Of a DNA stretch of 64,000 nucleotides, positions 63,481 through 64,000 are shown piece after piece. A model generated the notes under the pieces. That model was not told where the DNA came from. It saw nothing but the letters and a program-made list of their open reading frames with translations, and did not search any database. A program made the position numbers and the translations under genes. How positions within the stretch are numbered: position 1 is the stretch's first letter; the number at the start of each line of letters is the position of its first letter. Where the stretch lies: the NCBI RefSeq assembly GCF_009914755.1, contig NC_060928.1. One strand, written 5' to 3'. The DNA is from the human T2T-CHM13v2.0 reference genome, Homo sapiens.

Positions 63481-64000
63481 TCGGCTGCGCGCCCCCAGCG
63501 CCGGGCTTGGACCAGCCGCCGCGCTCCCGCCTGCGCACGCGCACAGCCACCGGCCGCCGCGGGGCGGGGCCACCGGGCTGAGCCTGCGAGCGGCCGAGCG
63601 ACCTCCCCCTTTTCGCTTTTTCCCTTTTTCCGGTTTTTTGTTTTTTGGTTTTCTTTTTCCCGTCTTTTCTTTCCCCTCCCCCTACAGGTCAAAGCCTTTA
63701 ACGTCGTGGCTAAATCAGAACCGTATTTTCTCGGCGCAGCCCCGCAGGAAGGAGGGGAGCGCGTTCATTCATTCTTCCATCAACAGGTTGCAGTTTCAGC
63801 TCTTCATTCATTACGTATTACTTAAATAACTAATAGTTCAGGTACTGCACTACCGTTACATACGGGAAAGTACACGATCTGGACCTAGGGGAGATTACCG
63901 TTTAAAGGCGAATCTGGCACGTGTACACGCACATTTGATGACGTACCCGTGCAATGCACTACAGAGGAAGGAACGCCCAAAGCAGCCTGGCAACGTGTAA

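Larger units (their letters stand above)
63050..63620. promoter_or_regulatory. SEC24D: CpG-island promoter of SEC24D
   Basis: Very GC- and CpG-rich block in AT-rich context. GC box GGGGCGGGGC 63561-63570, NRF1-like TGCGCACGCGCA 63532-63543, TGCCACGTCA 63462-63471. Boundaries approximate. Confidence 0.9.

Noticed and set aside
63180-63829. 90-156 aa ORFs in the promoter
   Set aside because: Stop-poor CpG island, non-ATG starts, no recognisable domain.

Overview
Human genomic DNA; a near-consensus AluYa5 marks it as human. The window holds the 5' part of SEC24D (COPII cargo adaptor) on the minus strand: a CpG-island promoter and non-coding exon 1 at about 63.3-63.5 kb, then coding exons 2-8. 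I spliced these by hand; all junctions are GT-AG, phases match, and they give 347 codons from [11 protein letters not shown] to PFATIPSNE. Intron 8 runs off the left edge. Introns are rich in transposons: a full-length inactive L1PA in the gene's sense orientation, a full-length SVA, over 20 Alus, L2/MIR, MER5A/MER20/MER30 and a nested LTR cluster. Most of the ORF track is repeat-derived or spurious. I see no new multi-gene system. The best leads are small: a tailless U2 retrocopy with TSD; a candidate (UG)17-adjacent poison exon; overlapping uORFs ending in TAATG on the main start; duplicated UPRE/CREB3-type motifs; a candidate antisense intron spanning exon 1; and template-switch hairpin scars. 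Repeat subfamily names come from recalled consensus sequences and need RepeatMasker/Dfam confirmation.
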